Origin: Brevundimonas sp.
Lineage (GTDB): Bacteria; Pseudomonadota; Alphaproteobacteria; Caulobacterales; Caulobacteraceae
Assembly: GCF_036402095.1 (NCBI RefSeq)
Contig: NZ_DASWTO010000055.1
Coordinates: forward strand, 9,045 to 73,044
DNA: 64,000 nucleotides
Direction: 5' to 3'
The first letter of the stretch is position 1. Each line of letters opens with the position of its first letter. The notes under the pieces are model-generated. The model had not been told where the DNA came from. It searched no databases and saw nothing but the letters and a program-made list of their open reading frames with translations. The position numbers were made by a program, and so were the translations under genes. Positions 48,640 to 56,973 of the stretch are shown in pieces.

Positions 48640-49040
48640 GCCATGAACTGGCCCTGCAGAAGGCGCTGATCGCGCACCTCGCGGAAGACGCCGGAATTCG
48701 CGCAGTGCTGGGCGATCCGGCCCGCATCTGGGATGCCGCGCCGGACAGGCCGACCTTTCCTCACCTGCTGGTCGGGCGATCGGAAAGCCGGCCGGTGAGA
48801 GCGGACGGAGGTGGTGTCGAACATGCGCTGACGCTGACCGCCGTTTCGCGCTTCCGCGGCACGGAAGAAGCCAAGGCCATCTTGGCGGTGCTGCGACTGA
48901 CGCTGACAGATGCGGTCCTGGCGGCGGACGGCGTGCGCACGGTCAGCCTCAGGGTCACTTTCGCCGACGTCTATCCGGCGTCCGACGGGCTGAGGACATT
49001 CGCGGTGCTGCGTGTGCGCGCCGTAACTGAGGAGGACTGA
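48636..49040 (+). CDS. DUF3168-like tail completion protein (GTA g8)
   Basis: ATGA coupling to g7. LQKALIAHLAEDAGIRAVLGDPARIWD...FPHLLVG pattern. Confidence 0.72.
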   Translation: MSHELALQKALIAHLAEDAGIRAVLGDPARIWDAAPDRPTFPHLLVGRSESRPVRADGGGVEHALTLTAVSRFRGTEEAKAILAVLRLTLTDAVLAADGVRTVSLRVTFADVYPASDGLRTFAVLRVRAVTEED

Positions 49041-49041
49041 A

Positions 49042-49452
49042 ATGGCGGCGCAACGCGGCAAGGACATCCTGTTGAAGATCGAGGGCGCGCCGGGGGTCTT
49101 CACCACCGTCGCAGGCCTTCGGGCCCGGACCCTGTCCCTGAACGCCCGGACAGTGGACGCAACCGATGGCGACAGCGCCGGCCGGTGGCGCGAACTGCTG
49201 GACGGCGCAGGCGTGAAGTCGGCTGCCGTGGCCGGTCAGGGCATCTTCCGCGACGCGGCTTCGGACGCGCTGATCCGCGAGACCTTCTTTGACCAGACGG
49301 CGCGGACCTGGCGGTTGATCGTGCCCGATTTTGGCTCACTCGAAGGCCCGTTCCTGGTCGCCGCCCTCGAGTACGCCGGCGAGCACGAGGGAGAGGCGAC
49401 GTTCGCGATCAGCCTGGCCAGCGCCGGTGAACTGACGTTCGGCGCCGCGTGA
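49042..49452 (+). CDS. major tail protein, TP901-1 family (GTA g9)
   Basis: GKDILLKIEG...FTTVAGLR...L..N and a C-terminal ATF.ISL.SAGELTF. RBS GAGGAGG at 49029-49035. Confidence 0.85.
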   Translation: MAAQRGKDILLKIEGAPGVFTTVAGLRARTLSLNARTVDATDGDSAGRWRELLDGAGVKSAAVAGQGIFRDAASDALIRETFFDQTARTWRLIVPDFGSLEGPFLVAALEYAGEHEGEATFAISLASAGELTFGAA

Positions 49453-49745
49453 TGCACGCCAATGGTGCGAGAGGCGAGGTGGTCGCGATGTTGGCAGGGG
49501 CCGAGCGGCGACTTTGCCTGACCTTGGGCGCTCTGGCGGAGATGGAGACGGCGCTGGGTTGCGACGGGCTGCTCTCGCTCGCAGAACGGATGCGGGCGCT
49601 GTCGGCCAAGGATCTGACAGCGATCCTTGCAGCCCTGCTGAGAGGTGGCGGCGAGGACGCTCTGGCCAGCGAATTGGCCTACGCTCTGGTCGACCCCTGC
49701 GAGGCGGCTGAGGCGGTGGCCCACGCATTCGCCGCCGCGGCATGA
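49449..49745 (+). CDS. GTA tail assembly chaperone-like protein (g10)
   Basis: GE..A.LAG.ERRLCLTLGALAE.E is a pattern conserved in GTA g10. It is coupled at both ends. Confidence 0.72.
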   Translation: MMHANGARGEVVAMLAGAERRLCLTLGALAEMETALGCDGLLSLAERMRALSAKDLTAILAALLRGGGEDALASELAYALVDPCEAAEAVAHAFAAAA

Positions 49746-49918
49746 GGACGCCCTGGGCGTCAATGATGCGCGCGGCCGCGCATCTGGGCGTGGGTCCCGA
49801 GGCTTTCTGGCGGCTGTCGCTGAAGGAATGGCGAATGCTGACCGAGACCTCCTCGGCGCATGCGCCGCTGGGACGAAGCGAGTTCGAGCGAATGGCGGAG
49901 GCGTGGCCCGATGACTGA
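49742..49918 (+). CDS. small phage tail assembly chaperone-like protein (GTA g10.1), 58 aa
   Basis: Not in the supplied ORF track because it is under 60 aa. Translated by hand: MRTPWASMMRAAAHLGVGPEAFWRLSLKEWRMLTETSSAHAPLGRSEFERMAEAWPDD. ATGA overlap with g10 and an 8-nt overlap with g11. The P..FW.LSL.EW pattern matches the rcc01693-type family. Confidence 0.65.
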   Translation: MRTPWASMMRAAAHLGVGPEAFWRLSLKEWRMLTETSSAHAPLGRSEFERMAEAWPDD

Positions 49919-50438
49919 CGAGCCTGGAACAGGGGGCGTGGATTCCATGCCGCGGCGGGTGGCCGAGGCCGCGGCGGCGCTGGACGGGCTCCGGGAGCCT
50001 GCCGAGCGAGCGGCGGCGTCGATCGAGAGCGCCTTTGACCGGGCGGGCTCAAGCCTGACGCGATCCCTGGCTCGGGCCGCCGCCGACGGCGAAGTCTCGC
50101 TGGCGGAGCTGGCGCGCGCCGTGCTTGCCGCCGTCAACGCGGCAGCCGGCGGCCGGGCTGGAGGTTTGTCGGGCGCCATCGCCCAGGCGGCGGGTTCGAT
50201 CTTCGCCGGCGCCCGGGCGGAGGGCGGGCCGGTTGCGGCAGGCGGAGCGTACCTTGTCGGCGAGCGCGGACCGGAACTGTTTCGGCCAGGCAGTTCCGGT
50301 GTGATTGACCCGCCGGCCGCGGGGAGCGTGACGGTCAACGTCCTCATCGAGGGCGGGGCGGAGGCCTTGCTGAGATCGGAGGCGCAGATCGCACAGGCGC
50401 TGGCGCGGGCGGTCTCCCTCGGCGCACGTCGGCTCTAG
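49911..50438 (+). CDS. short tape measure protein (GTA g11)
   Basis: Ala/Gly-rich helical protein ending ...YLVGERGPELFRPG..G.I. The GERGPE motif is typical of tape measure C-termini. 175 aa from the ATG at 49911. Confidence 0.65.
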   Translation: MTDEPGTGGVDSMPRRVAEAAAALDGLREPAERAAASIESAFDRAGSSLTRSLARAAADGEVSLAELARAVLAAVNAAAGGRAGGLSGAIAQAAGSIFAGARAEGGPVAAGGAYLVGERGPELFRPGSSGVIDPPAAGSVTVNVLIEGGAEALLRSEAQIAQALARAVSLGARRL

Positions 50439-50495
50439 TCGGAGCGGCGAAGTCGCGCGCCCCGGCGCCGGGCTCAACATCCAGGAGATATTGTC

Positions 50496-51122
50496 ATGGC
50501 GTTTCACGAAGTGAGGCTGCCTGCCCGCCTGGCGTTCGGATCCACCGGCGGCGTCGAGCGGCGCACCGAGATCGTGACGCTGGGCTCGGGCTTCGAGCGG
50601 CGATCGACACCGTGGGCGCAAGGACGAAGGCGCTACCTGATCGGTGCGAACCTGAAGTCTCTCGACGACATGGCGACCTTGACCGCGTTCTTCGAGGCGC
50701 GTTGCGGACGGCTGTACGGGTTCCGGTTCAGGGATTTCGTGGACTTCAGATCCTGCGAGCCGAGCGGAACAATCACGCCTGTGGACCAGCCCCTGGGCCA
50801 TGGGGACGGGATGCGGAGGACGTTCGAGCTGAGTAAGCGATACGGCGAGGAAGACGCTGTGACGCGGCGAATCCACAAGCCCGTCGAAGGCACCGTCAGG
50901 CTCGCGGTCGACGGCGCTGAACTGGAAGGGCCGGCTTTCGAACTCGACCTGGCGACGGGCGTAGTCACTCTCGCCGTTGCGCCTGCCGCCGGTGCGGCGG
51001 TCACCGCCGGATACGAGTTCGACGTCCCAGTCCGCTTCGATGCCGACAGGGTGGACGTGACGCTTGAGAGTTTCGCGGCTGGCCGGATGGCTGCTGTGCC
51101 CCTGATCGAGGTGAGGGTCTGA
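50496..51122 (+). CDS. DUF2460 distal tail protein (GTA g12)
   Basis: MAFHEVRLP..LAFGS.GG.ERRTEIV.L.SG.E.R...W...RR.Y is the TIGR02217-type N-terminus. RBS AGGAGA. Confidence 0.85.
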   Translation: MAFHEVRLPARLAFGSTGGVERRTEIVTLGSGFERRSTPWAQGRRRYLIGANLKSLDDMATLTAFFEARCGRLYGFRFRDFVDFRSCEPSGTITPVDQPLGHGDGMRRTFELSKRYGEEDAVTRRIHKPVEGTVRLAVDGAELEGPAFELDLATGVVTLAVAPAAGAAVTAGYEFDVPVRFDADRVDVTLESFAAGRMAAVPLIEVRV

Positions 51123-51125
51123 AGC

Positions 51126-51779
51126 ATGCGCGACATACCGGTCGAACTGGCGACCCGCGTCGAGAGCGGGGCGTCCACCCTGTGCCATGCCTGGTTGCTG
51201 AGGAGGGCCGACGGCGTCGAGGCGGGTTTCACCGATCACGACCGAGATCTGAACGTCGGCGGCGTCCTTTGCCTGGCCGCCAGCGGATGGATGATCGGGG
51301 CGACGGAAAGCTCAGTCGGCCTCGCAGCGGGTTCGGCGGCCGTGGCCGGTGTCCTGGACGATGTTTCGATCCGGGAATCCGACATTGCGGCGGGCTTGTA
51401 CGATCGTGCGGAAGTCGCGCTGTGGCGAGTCGATTGGCGCCGTCCCGACCTGAAGGTTCGGCTGTGGCTCGCGGGGTTGGCGCGGATTCGCCGCGAGGGC
51501 GAGAGCTTCACCGCCGAGCTGGAAGGGCCGATGGCGTCCCTGGAACGCGTGGTTGGCCGAACCTACGGCCGTGACTGCGACGCCCAGTTCGGGGATGAAC
51601 GATGCAAGGTTGATCTGGGGGCCTTCCCCGGCGCGCAGTGTGACAAACGATGGGGCACCTGCGTCGGCGAGTTTGGAAACGGCGGCAACTTCCAGGGCTT
51701 TCCGGACATCCCGGGTGACGACTTCATTACGGCCGCACCGGTGCAGGGCGGACGCAATGACGGACGGAGCCGACGATGA
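51126..51779 (+). CDS. DUF2163 baseplate hub protein (GTA g13), apparently shortened
   Basis: TLCHAWLLRRADG...GFTDHDRDL and the C-terminal CDKRWGTC..F.N..NFQGFPDIPGDDF. It is 217 aa, against my recollection of about 290-300 aa for typical homologs. Confidence 0.78.
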   Translation: MRDIPVELATRVESGASTLCHAWLLRRADGVEAGFTDHDRDLNVGGVLCLAASGWMIGATESSVGLAAGSAAVAGVLDDVSIRESDIAAGLYDRAEVALWRVDWRRPDLKVRLWLAGLARIRREGESFTAELEGPMASLERVVGRTYGRDCDAQFGDERCKVDLGAFPGAQCDKRWGTCVGEFGNGGNFQGFPDIPGDDFITAAPVQGGRNDGRSRR

Positions 51780-52240
51780 GGGCGCGCTCGGTGGCTGCGG
51801 CGCGCGACTGGCTTGGTACGCCCTACCGGCATCAGGCCAGTTTGCAGGGTCAGGGCGCGGATTGTCTCGGCCTGGTGCGTGGCGTGTGGCGGGAGCTGTT
51901 CGGGGTCGAGCCGCAAGCCGCGCCGCCTTACCAGCCGGACTGGGCTGAGGTCGGAGGCGAGGAAACGCTGCTGCAGGCCGCGCGGCGCTGGATGACGGAG
52001 ATTCCCGTCGAGAGCGCATGCGCCGGCGACGTACTGCTGTTTCGCATGGCGTCCGGCAGTCCGGTCAAGCACTGCGCGATCATGAGCGAGGGTTCGATGG
52101 CTGCCCAATCCCAACCGCGCATGATCCACGCCTATTGGGGCCGGTCCGTGGTCGAGAGTTGGCTCGGATCATGGTGGCGGCGACGGGCGGTGGCGGCATT
52201 CGCCTGGCCGTCCCGCAAGATTGAGCGAAAGGTCGGCTGA
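51776..52240 (+). CDS. NlpC/P60 family cell-wall peptidase (GTA g14)
   Basis: WLGTPYRHQ....G.GADCLGLVRGVW includes the catalytic Cys motif, and there is a later HCAIM. ATGA coupling. Confidence 0.85.
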   Translation: MRARSVAAARDWLGTPYRHQASLQGQGADCLGLVRGVWRELFGVEPQAAPPYQPDWAEVGGEETLLQAARRWMTEIPVESACAGDVLLFRMASGSPVKHCAIMSEGSMAAQSQPRMIHAYWGRSVVESWLGSWWRRRAVAAFAWPSRKIERKVG

Positions 52241-55200
52241 TGGCGCAGGTTGTTCTGGGCGGCGTCGGCGGGGCGATCGGCGGAGGGGTCGGACGCGCCT
52301 TGGGCGCGACCATCGGCGGCATGCTCGACCAGGCGCTTGTCGCCGGACTGCAACCCGCGCGCCAGAAAGGCCCGCGGCTGGGTTCACTGGCTTTGCAGGG
52401 CACGGCGGAAGGCGCGCCGCTGGCTTGCGTGTTCGGGCGTGCGCGAGTCGCCGGGCAGGTGATCTGGGCCGCGAGCTTTCTGGAAGGACGCAACACCACG
52501 CCGGCAGGCAAGGGCGGCCCCCGTACTGTCGAATACGCCTACTCTCTGAGCTTCGCCGTCGCCTTGTGCGAAGGGCCCATCGACGGAATCGGCCGCATAT
52601 GGGCCGACGGGCAGCCCCTGGACCTCGCGGGCGTCACGATGCGACTGCATCACGGAACAGAAAGCCAGACGCCCGACCCCCTGATCGAGGCCATCGAAGC
52701 GGACGCCCCGGCCTATCGTGGCACGGCCTATGTCGTATTCGAGGATCTGCCGTTGGGGCCCTATGGCAACCGGTTGCCGCAGCTGGCTTTCGAGGTCTTC
52801 CGGCGCCCACGCGGTTCAGATCCACGACTGGAGGAACGGCTGGAAGGCGTCTGCCTCATCCCGGGCGCAGGAGAGTTCGTCCTTGCGACTGAGGTGGTGC
52901 TGCGGCGGGAGGGACTGACGCGAACCACGCCCGAGAATGTCCATGCCGGCGACGGACGGACCGATCTCGCCGTGTCCCTCGATCAGCTACAGGCCCAGGT
53001 TCCGAATCTGAAACGGGTGAGTCTGGTCATCGGGTGGTTCGGTGATGATCTCAGGGCCGGCCAGTGCAGGATTCGCCCGGGCGTGGAACGTGCTGACAAG
53101 CCGACCGAGCCCATGGCCTGGACTGTCGCCGGCCTGGCGCGCGCCGACGCCCACCTGATCTCACAGAGCGGAGGCGGACCGGCCTACGGCGGCACGCCTT
53201 CGGACCAGAGCGTGCGGCAAGCGGTCGCCGAACTGAAGGCGCGTGGTCTCGAGGTGACGCTCTATCCATTCGTGTTCATGGATGTGCCGCCGGGGAACAG
53301 CCTGCCAGATCCTTACGGAGGTCCGGAGCAGGCGCCCTATCCTTGGCGGGGGCGCGTCTGCGGCGGGGACGGACCCGCAGCGGATGCGGATATCGCGGCG
53401 ATCTTCGGCGCAGCGGACGACTGGGGATTGCGGCGACTGGCGCTGCATTATGCCGCGCTTGCGGCTGAAACCGGCGCGGACGGGTTGTTGATCGGCTCCG
53501 AGATGCGCGGCTTGGGCTGGACCCGCGACGCTGGGGGAGGATTCCCGGCGGTTGCGGCGTTTCGAGCCCTGGCGGCGGAATGCAGGGTGGTGGTCGGTCC
53601 AGGCGTAAAGCTCTCGTACGCCGCCGACTGGTCGGAATACGCCGGATGGCGCGACGGTGGCGACGTGGTGTTTCACCTCGACCCGCTGTGGGCGGATCCG
53701 AACATCGATTATGTCGGCGTGGACTGGTATCCGCCGCTCGGGGACTGGCGATCAGGTGCGGGCGGCCTGGACGGGCAAGCGTTTACAGGCCCGGATGATC
53801 CGGCCGGTCTGGCGGCGCAGGTCGCCGGCGGTGAAGGCTTCGACTGGTATTATGCCTCGGCGGCGGACCGGGCTGCCCAGGCGCGTACGCCGATCGTCGA
53901 CACGGCTTACGGAGAGGACTGGGTTTTCCGGGTCAAGGACCTGGCGGGCTGGTGGTCGCACGCACATCATGACCGCCCGGGTGGGGTTCGGACGCTTGAG
54001 CCCACGGCCTGGACGCCCGGCATGAAGCCGATCCGGCTGACGGAGTTCGGATGCCCCGCGGTCGACCGAGGCGCGAACGCGCCGAACCTTTTCCAGGATT
54101 CCAAGAGCGCCGAGAGCGGATTGCCACCATTCTCAACGGGGAGTCGGGACGACCGCATGCAGCGTCGGGCGCTTGAAGCCGTGCTGGGCCATTTCGCCGA
54201 ACCCGCCAACAATCCTGTTTCACCGATATACGGCGGTCCCATGCTCGAGAGCGCGGACGCCTGGTGTTGGGATGCGCGCCCGTGGCCGGCGTTTCCCGCC
54301 AGATCAGAAGTCTGGAGCGATGCGTCAGGGTGGCGCACGGGGCATTGGCTGAATGGTCGGTTGAGCGGTGAAACCCGTGACCTGATCCGTGAAATCCTGA
54401 AGCGCGGCGGCCTGTCCGAGACAGATTTCGAGATCGGGACGCCCCCGGGAGAGGTGCAGGGCTATGTCATTGACCGGCCGATGCGCACGCGTGACGCACT
54501 GGAGCCCTTGCTGGCGGGCCTCGGCATGGTCGCGGCGGAACGGGGAGGTCAGGTTGCCATCATCGGGAATGAATCGGCCGTACGTGTTCTGACTTCCCAG
54601 GCCCTGGCCCTTCCGGCGAGCGGCGCGAGCGTGCGGGCCGATCGGCAGCTCGAGGCCCGGCCCGGAGCGGCTCGCGTGAGGTTCATAGACGGGGCGTCGG
54701 ACTATCAGACCGGGGCGGCGATCGTCCGGACAGCGGGAGAGGGTGGCGGGGTCGACATTGACCTCCCAGCTGTCTGCCCGCGCGCTCTCGCCCAGGCTAC
54801 GGCGGCACGACTGCTCGAAACAGGCCGCGAAGATCGGCTCGTCGTCGCCTTGGGGCCCCTGGAGGCTTTGTCGCTGGAGCCCGGTGACGCTGTTCTCGTC
54901 GACGGGCATGGAGAATGGCGAACGGTCCGGGTGGACATGGACGAGATCCCCTCCGCCGTCCTCGAAAGGATGTCGAGGCTGCGGGTCGGTGAAGACGAAG
55001 GAACGCCGTCTTCAGGAGATGCCGCGACAACGATGGGCCCGCCGTTTCTTCGGATGATCGATCCGCCTCCGCTGCCTGGCGCCGAAGACGATCGACGACC
55101 GATCGCGGTGGTCGCCGCCGAGCCGTGGCGGCCGATGCGAGTGTTCGCCGGACCTGATGCGACGAGCCTGACTGTGCGAGGCGATGTGGAGGATCCCGTG

Positions 55201-55956
55201 ACCGTCGGCATCCTGGCTTCGCCGCTGGCTTCTGGGGTTCGGCACCGCTGGGACGAGCGAAACGCCCTGTACATCCGGGTCGAAGGACGAGCGCCGGAAA
55301 GTCTGTCGATCCCCGCGGTGCTGGCCGGCGGAAACACGCTGGCCGTGGAGACGGGGTCGGGCTGGGAGATCGTCCAGTACCGCGCCGCCGAACTCGTCGG
55401 CGCCGACCTCTGGCGTCTGACGGGCCTGTTGCGGGGACAGCAGGGCACAGAAGAGGCGACCGCAGCCGGTGCGGAGGCCGGGGCGATCGTCGTGTTCCTG
55501 GCGGCCACAATGCCGAGGATGGAATCGCCGTCGGCCGAACTCGGATTGCCTCTCGTCTGGCGAGCGGGGCCAGCCGGGGCGCCGGCCGGCGGTCCAGGCG
55601 CCAGCGAAACTGTCTTCACTCCGGCCGGGCGACATGACCGGCCGTGGAGCCCCGCCCATCTGCGTTGTGCTGTCCGCGGGGACGGCGGCTTCGATCTGAG
55701 CTGGCTGGGGCGCAGGCGCATTGACGGCGATCGCTGGGATGGAGAGCCTGCGACTTCCGATCCCTCGCGATACCGGATTGGCGTCCTCAGGGCCGGAGCC
55801 CTGGTTCGCGTGTTTGAAGTCGACACCGAGGCCGCGACTTACGCGGGAACCGACGCCGCCGAGGACTTTCCCGGCGGACTTGCCGGCGCGGAGGTGGTCG
55901 TGGCTCAATGGGGCGATCGTTACGGCTGGGGCGCCGAAGCCCGCGTCAGACCATGA
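52240..55956 (+). CDS. GTA host-specificity / tail fibre-baseplate protein (g15, TIM-barrel-like plus phage-tail domains)
   Basis: 1238 aa. The N-terminus MAQVVLGGVGGAIGG...GPRL..L.....EGAP...VFGR.RV.GQ.IWA is typical of g15 homologs. TGATG coupling to g14. Confidence 0.9.
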   Translation: MAQVVLGGVGGAIGGGVGRALGATIGGMLDQALVAGLQPARQKGPRLGSLALQGTAEGAPLACVFGRARVAGQVIWAASFLEGRNTTPAGKGGPRTVEYAYSLSFAVALCEGPIDGIGRIWADGQPLDLAGVTMRLHHGTESQTPDPLIEAIEADAPAYRGTAYVVFEDLPLGPYGNRLPQLAFEVFRRPRGSDPRLEERLEGVCLIPGAGEFVLATEVVLRREGLTRTTPENVHAGDGRTDLAVSLDQLQAQVPNLKRVSLVIGWFGDDLRAGQCRIRPGVERADKPTEPMAWTVAGLARADAHLISQSGGGPAYGGTPSDQSVRQAVAELKARGLEVTLYPFVFMDVPPGNSLPDPYGGPEQAPYPWRGRVCGGDGPAADADIAAIFGAADDWGLRRLALHYAALAAETGADGLLIGSEMRGLGWTRDAGGGFPAVAAFRALAAECRVVVGPGVKLSYAADWSEYAGWRDGGDVVFHLDPLWADPNIDYVGVDWYPPLGDWRSGAGGLDGQAFTGPDDPAGLAAQVAGGEGFDWYYASAADRAAQARTPIVDTAYGEDWVFRVKDLAGWWSHAHHDRPGGVRTLEPTAWTPGMKPIRLTEFGCPAVDRGANAPNLFQDSKSAESGLPPFSTGSRDDRMQRRALEAVLGHFAEPANNPVSPIYGGPMLESADAWCWDARPWPAFPARSEVWSDASGWRTGHWLNGRLSGETRDLIREILKRGGLSETDFEIGTPPGEVQGYVIDRPMRTRDALEPLLAGLGMVAAERGGQVAIIGNESAVRVLTSQALALPASGASVRADRQLEARPGAARVRFIDGASDYQTGAAIVRTAGEGGGVDIDLPAVCPRALAQATAARLLETGREDRLVVALGPLEALSLEPGDAVLVDGHGEWRTVRVDMDEIPSAVLERMSRLRVGEDEGTPSSGDAATTMGPPFLRMIDPPPLPGAEDDRRPIAVVAAEPWRPMRVFAGPDATSLTVRGDVEDPVTVGILASPLASGVRHRWDERNALYIRVEGRAPESLSIPAVLAGGNTLAVETGSGWEIVQYRAAELVGADLWRLTGLLRGQQGTEEATAAGAEAGAIVVFLAATMPRMESPSAELGLPLVWRAGPAGAPAGGPGASETVFTPAGRHDRPWSPAHLRCAVRGDGGFDLSWLGRRRIDGDRWDGEPATSDPSRYRIGVLRAGALVRVFEVDTEAATYAGTDAAEDFPGGLAGAEVVVAQWGDRYGWGAEARVRP

Positions 55957-56055
55957 GAGCTGATGTGGCGGCGATTTGGAGCGGGCGGCTTTGCGCTCCG
56001 GTACGAATGCCCTAACTGATCCATCAGACTTCATACGGCAGGAGCGGACTCGAAC

Positions 56056-56973
56056 GTGGCGGGCGATCCCTACAAGGAACTGGGCGTTTCGAGGGGCGCG
56101 AGCGCGGACGAGATCAAGAAGGCGTTCCGCAAACTCGCCAAGGAACTCCACCCCGACAAGAACCCGGGAAACAGGGACGCGGACGAACGCTTCAAGCGCG
56201 TGACGGCCGCATTCGATCTGCTGGGCGACGCGGAAAAAAGGGCCAGGTTCGACCGGGGCGAAATCGACGCTGACGGACGCGAGCAGTTTGCGGGTTTTGG
56301 GGGCGCGAGAGGAAGCCCCGGCGGGCATCCGTTCGGCCAGGGCGGGGGCCAGCGCGGCGGTTTCGAAAACATCGACCTGGACGAGCTGTTTGGCGGCATA
56401 TTCGGCGGCGGAGGCCGCGCCGGCGGACCGCGCGGCGGGTTCTCCGCTCGCGGCGCGGACGTCAAGGCGACTCTGGAGATCAGTCTCGAGGATTCCATCT
56501 CGGGTGCGACCCGGCGGATACAATTCTCGGACGGCCGTACGCTCGACGTAACCATTCCCAAGGGTGCGGCCGATGGCCAGACGATCCGGCTCCGGGGCCA
56601 AGGAGCGCCGGGCGCGTCCGGCCGGAGCGAAGCCGGGGATGCGTTGATAACGCTGAAGATAGCGCCCCACCCCCTCTTTCAGCGCGATGGCGCCGATCTG
56701 ACGATGGATCTGCCAGTGTCGCTGCCCGATGCCGTGCTGGGCGGTAAGGTCCCGGTGCGGACGCCCGAGGGCACGGTCAGCATGACCATTCCACCGGGGT
56801 CGAACTCGGGCAAGGTGCTGCGGCTGAAGGGGCGTGGCGCCTTCGTCGGCGGCAAGCGCGGCGACCTCCTGGCCAAGCTGATGATCCAGCTGCCGGACGG
56901 CGCCGATGAGGCTCTGACCAAACTGGCGCAGGACATGCGTGACCGCGGCGCCTATCGTCCGTGGCGCGACTGA
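56056..56973 (+). CDS. J-domain protein, CbpA-like (no zinc-finger domain)
   Basis: DPYKELGVSRGASADEIKKAFRKLAKELHPDKNPGN has a canonical HPD. It continues with a G-rich linker and DnaJ C-terminal domains. GTG start. Confidence 0.85.
   Translation: MAGDPYKELGVSRGASADEIKKAFRKLAKELHPDKNPGNRDADERFKRVTAAFDLLGDAEKRARFDRGEIDADGREQFAGFGGARGSPGGHPFGQGGGQRGGFENIDLDELFGGIFGGGGRAGGPRGGFSARGADVKATLEISLEDSISGATRRIQFSDGRTLDVTIPKGAADGQTIRLRGQGAPGASGRSEAGDALITLKIAPHPLFQRDGADLTMDLPVSLPDAVLGGKVPVRTPEGTVSMTIPPGSNSGKVLRLKGRGAFVGGKRGDLLAKLMIQLPDGADEALTKLAQDMRDRGAYRPWRD

Larger units (their letters stand above)
42985..55956 (+). mobile_element. RcGTA-like gene transfer agent head-tail gene cluster (g3-g15), terminase-less, with three minus-strand inserts
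   Basis: The gene order is portal, small ORF, HK97 protease, HK97 capsid, connector, adaptor, DUF3168, major tail, two small chaperones, short tape measure, DUF2460, DUF2163, NlpC/P60, then a roughly 1240-aa host-specificity protein. That order is the signature of alphaproteobacterial GTAs. There are no integrase, replication, lysis or repressor genes. Confidence 0.85.

Noticed and set aside
42985-55956. Interpreting the phage-like cluster as an intact or cryptic prophage.
   Set aside because: There are no integrase, repressor, replication, lysis or terminase genes, and no flanking tRNA or att-like repeats. The gene order, the small tape measure, and the DUF2460/DUF2163/NlpC-P60/giant g15 set match domesticated RcGTA-type elements.
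38388-56973. Two J-domain proteins (the membrane J-protein at 38388-40274 and the CbpA-like protein at 56056-56973) bracketing the GTA cluster as a possible functional link.
   Set aside because: They are separated by about 16 kb and by unrelated genes (ycgN). The second has a canonical HPD and standard DnaJ C-terminal domains. This is most likely coincidence.
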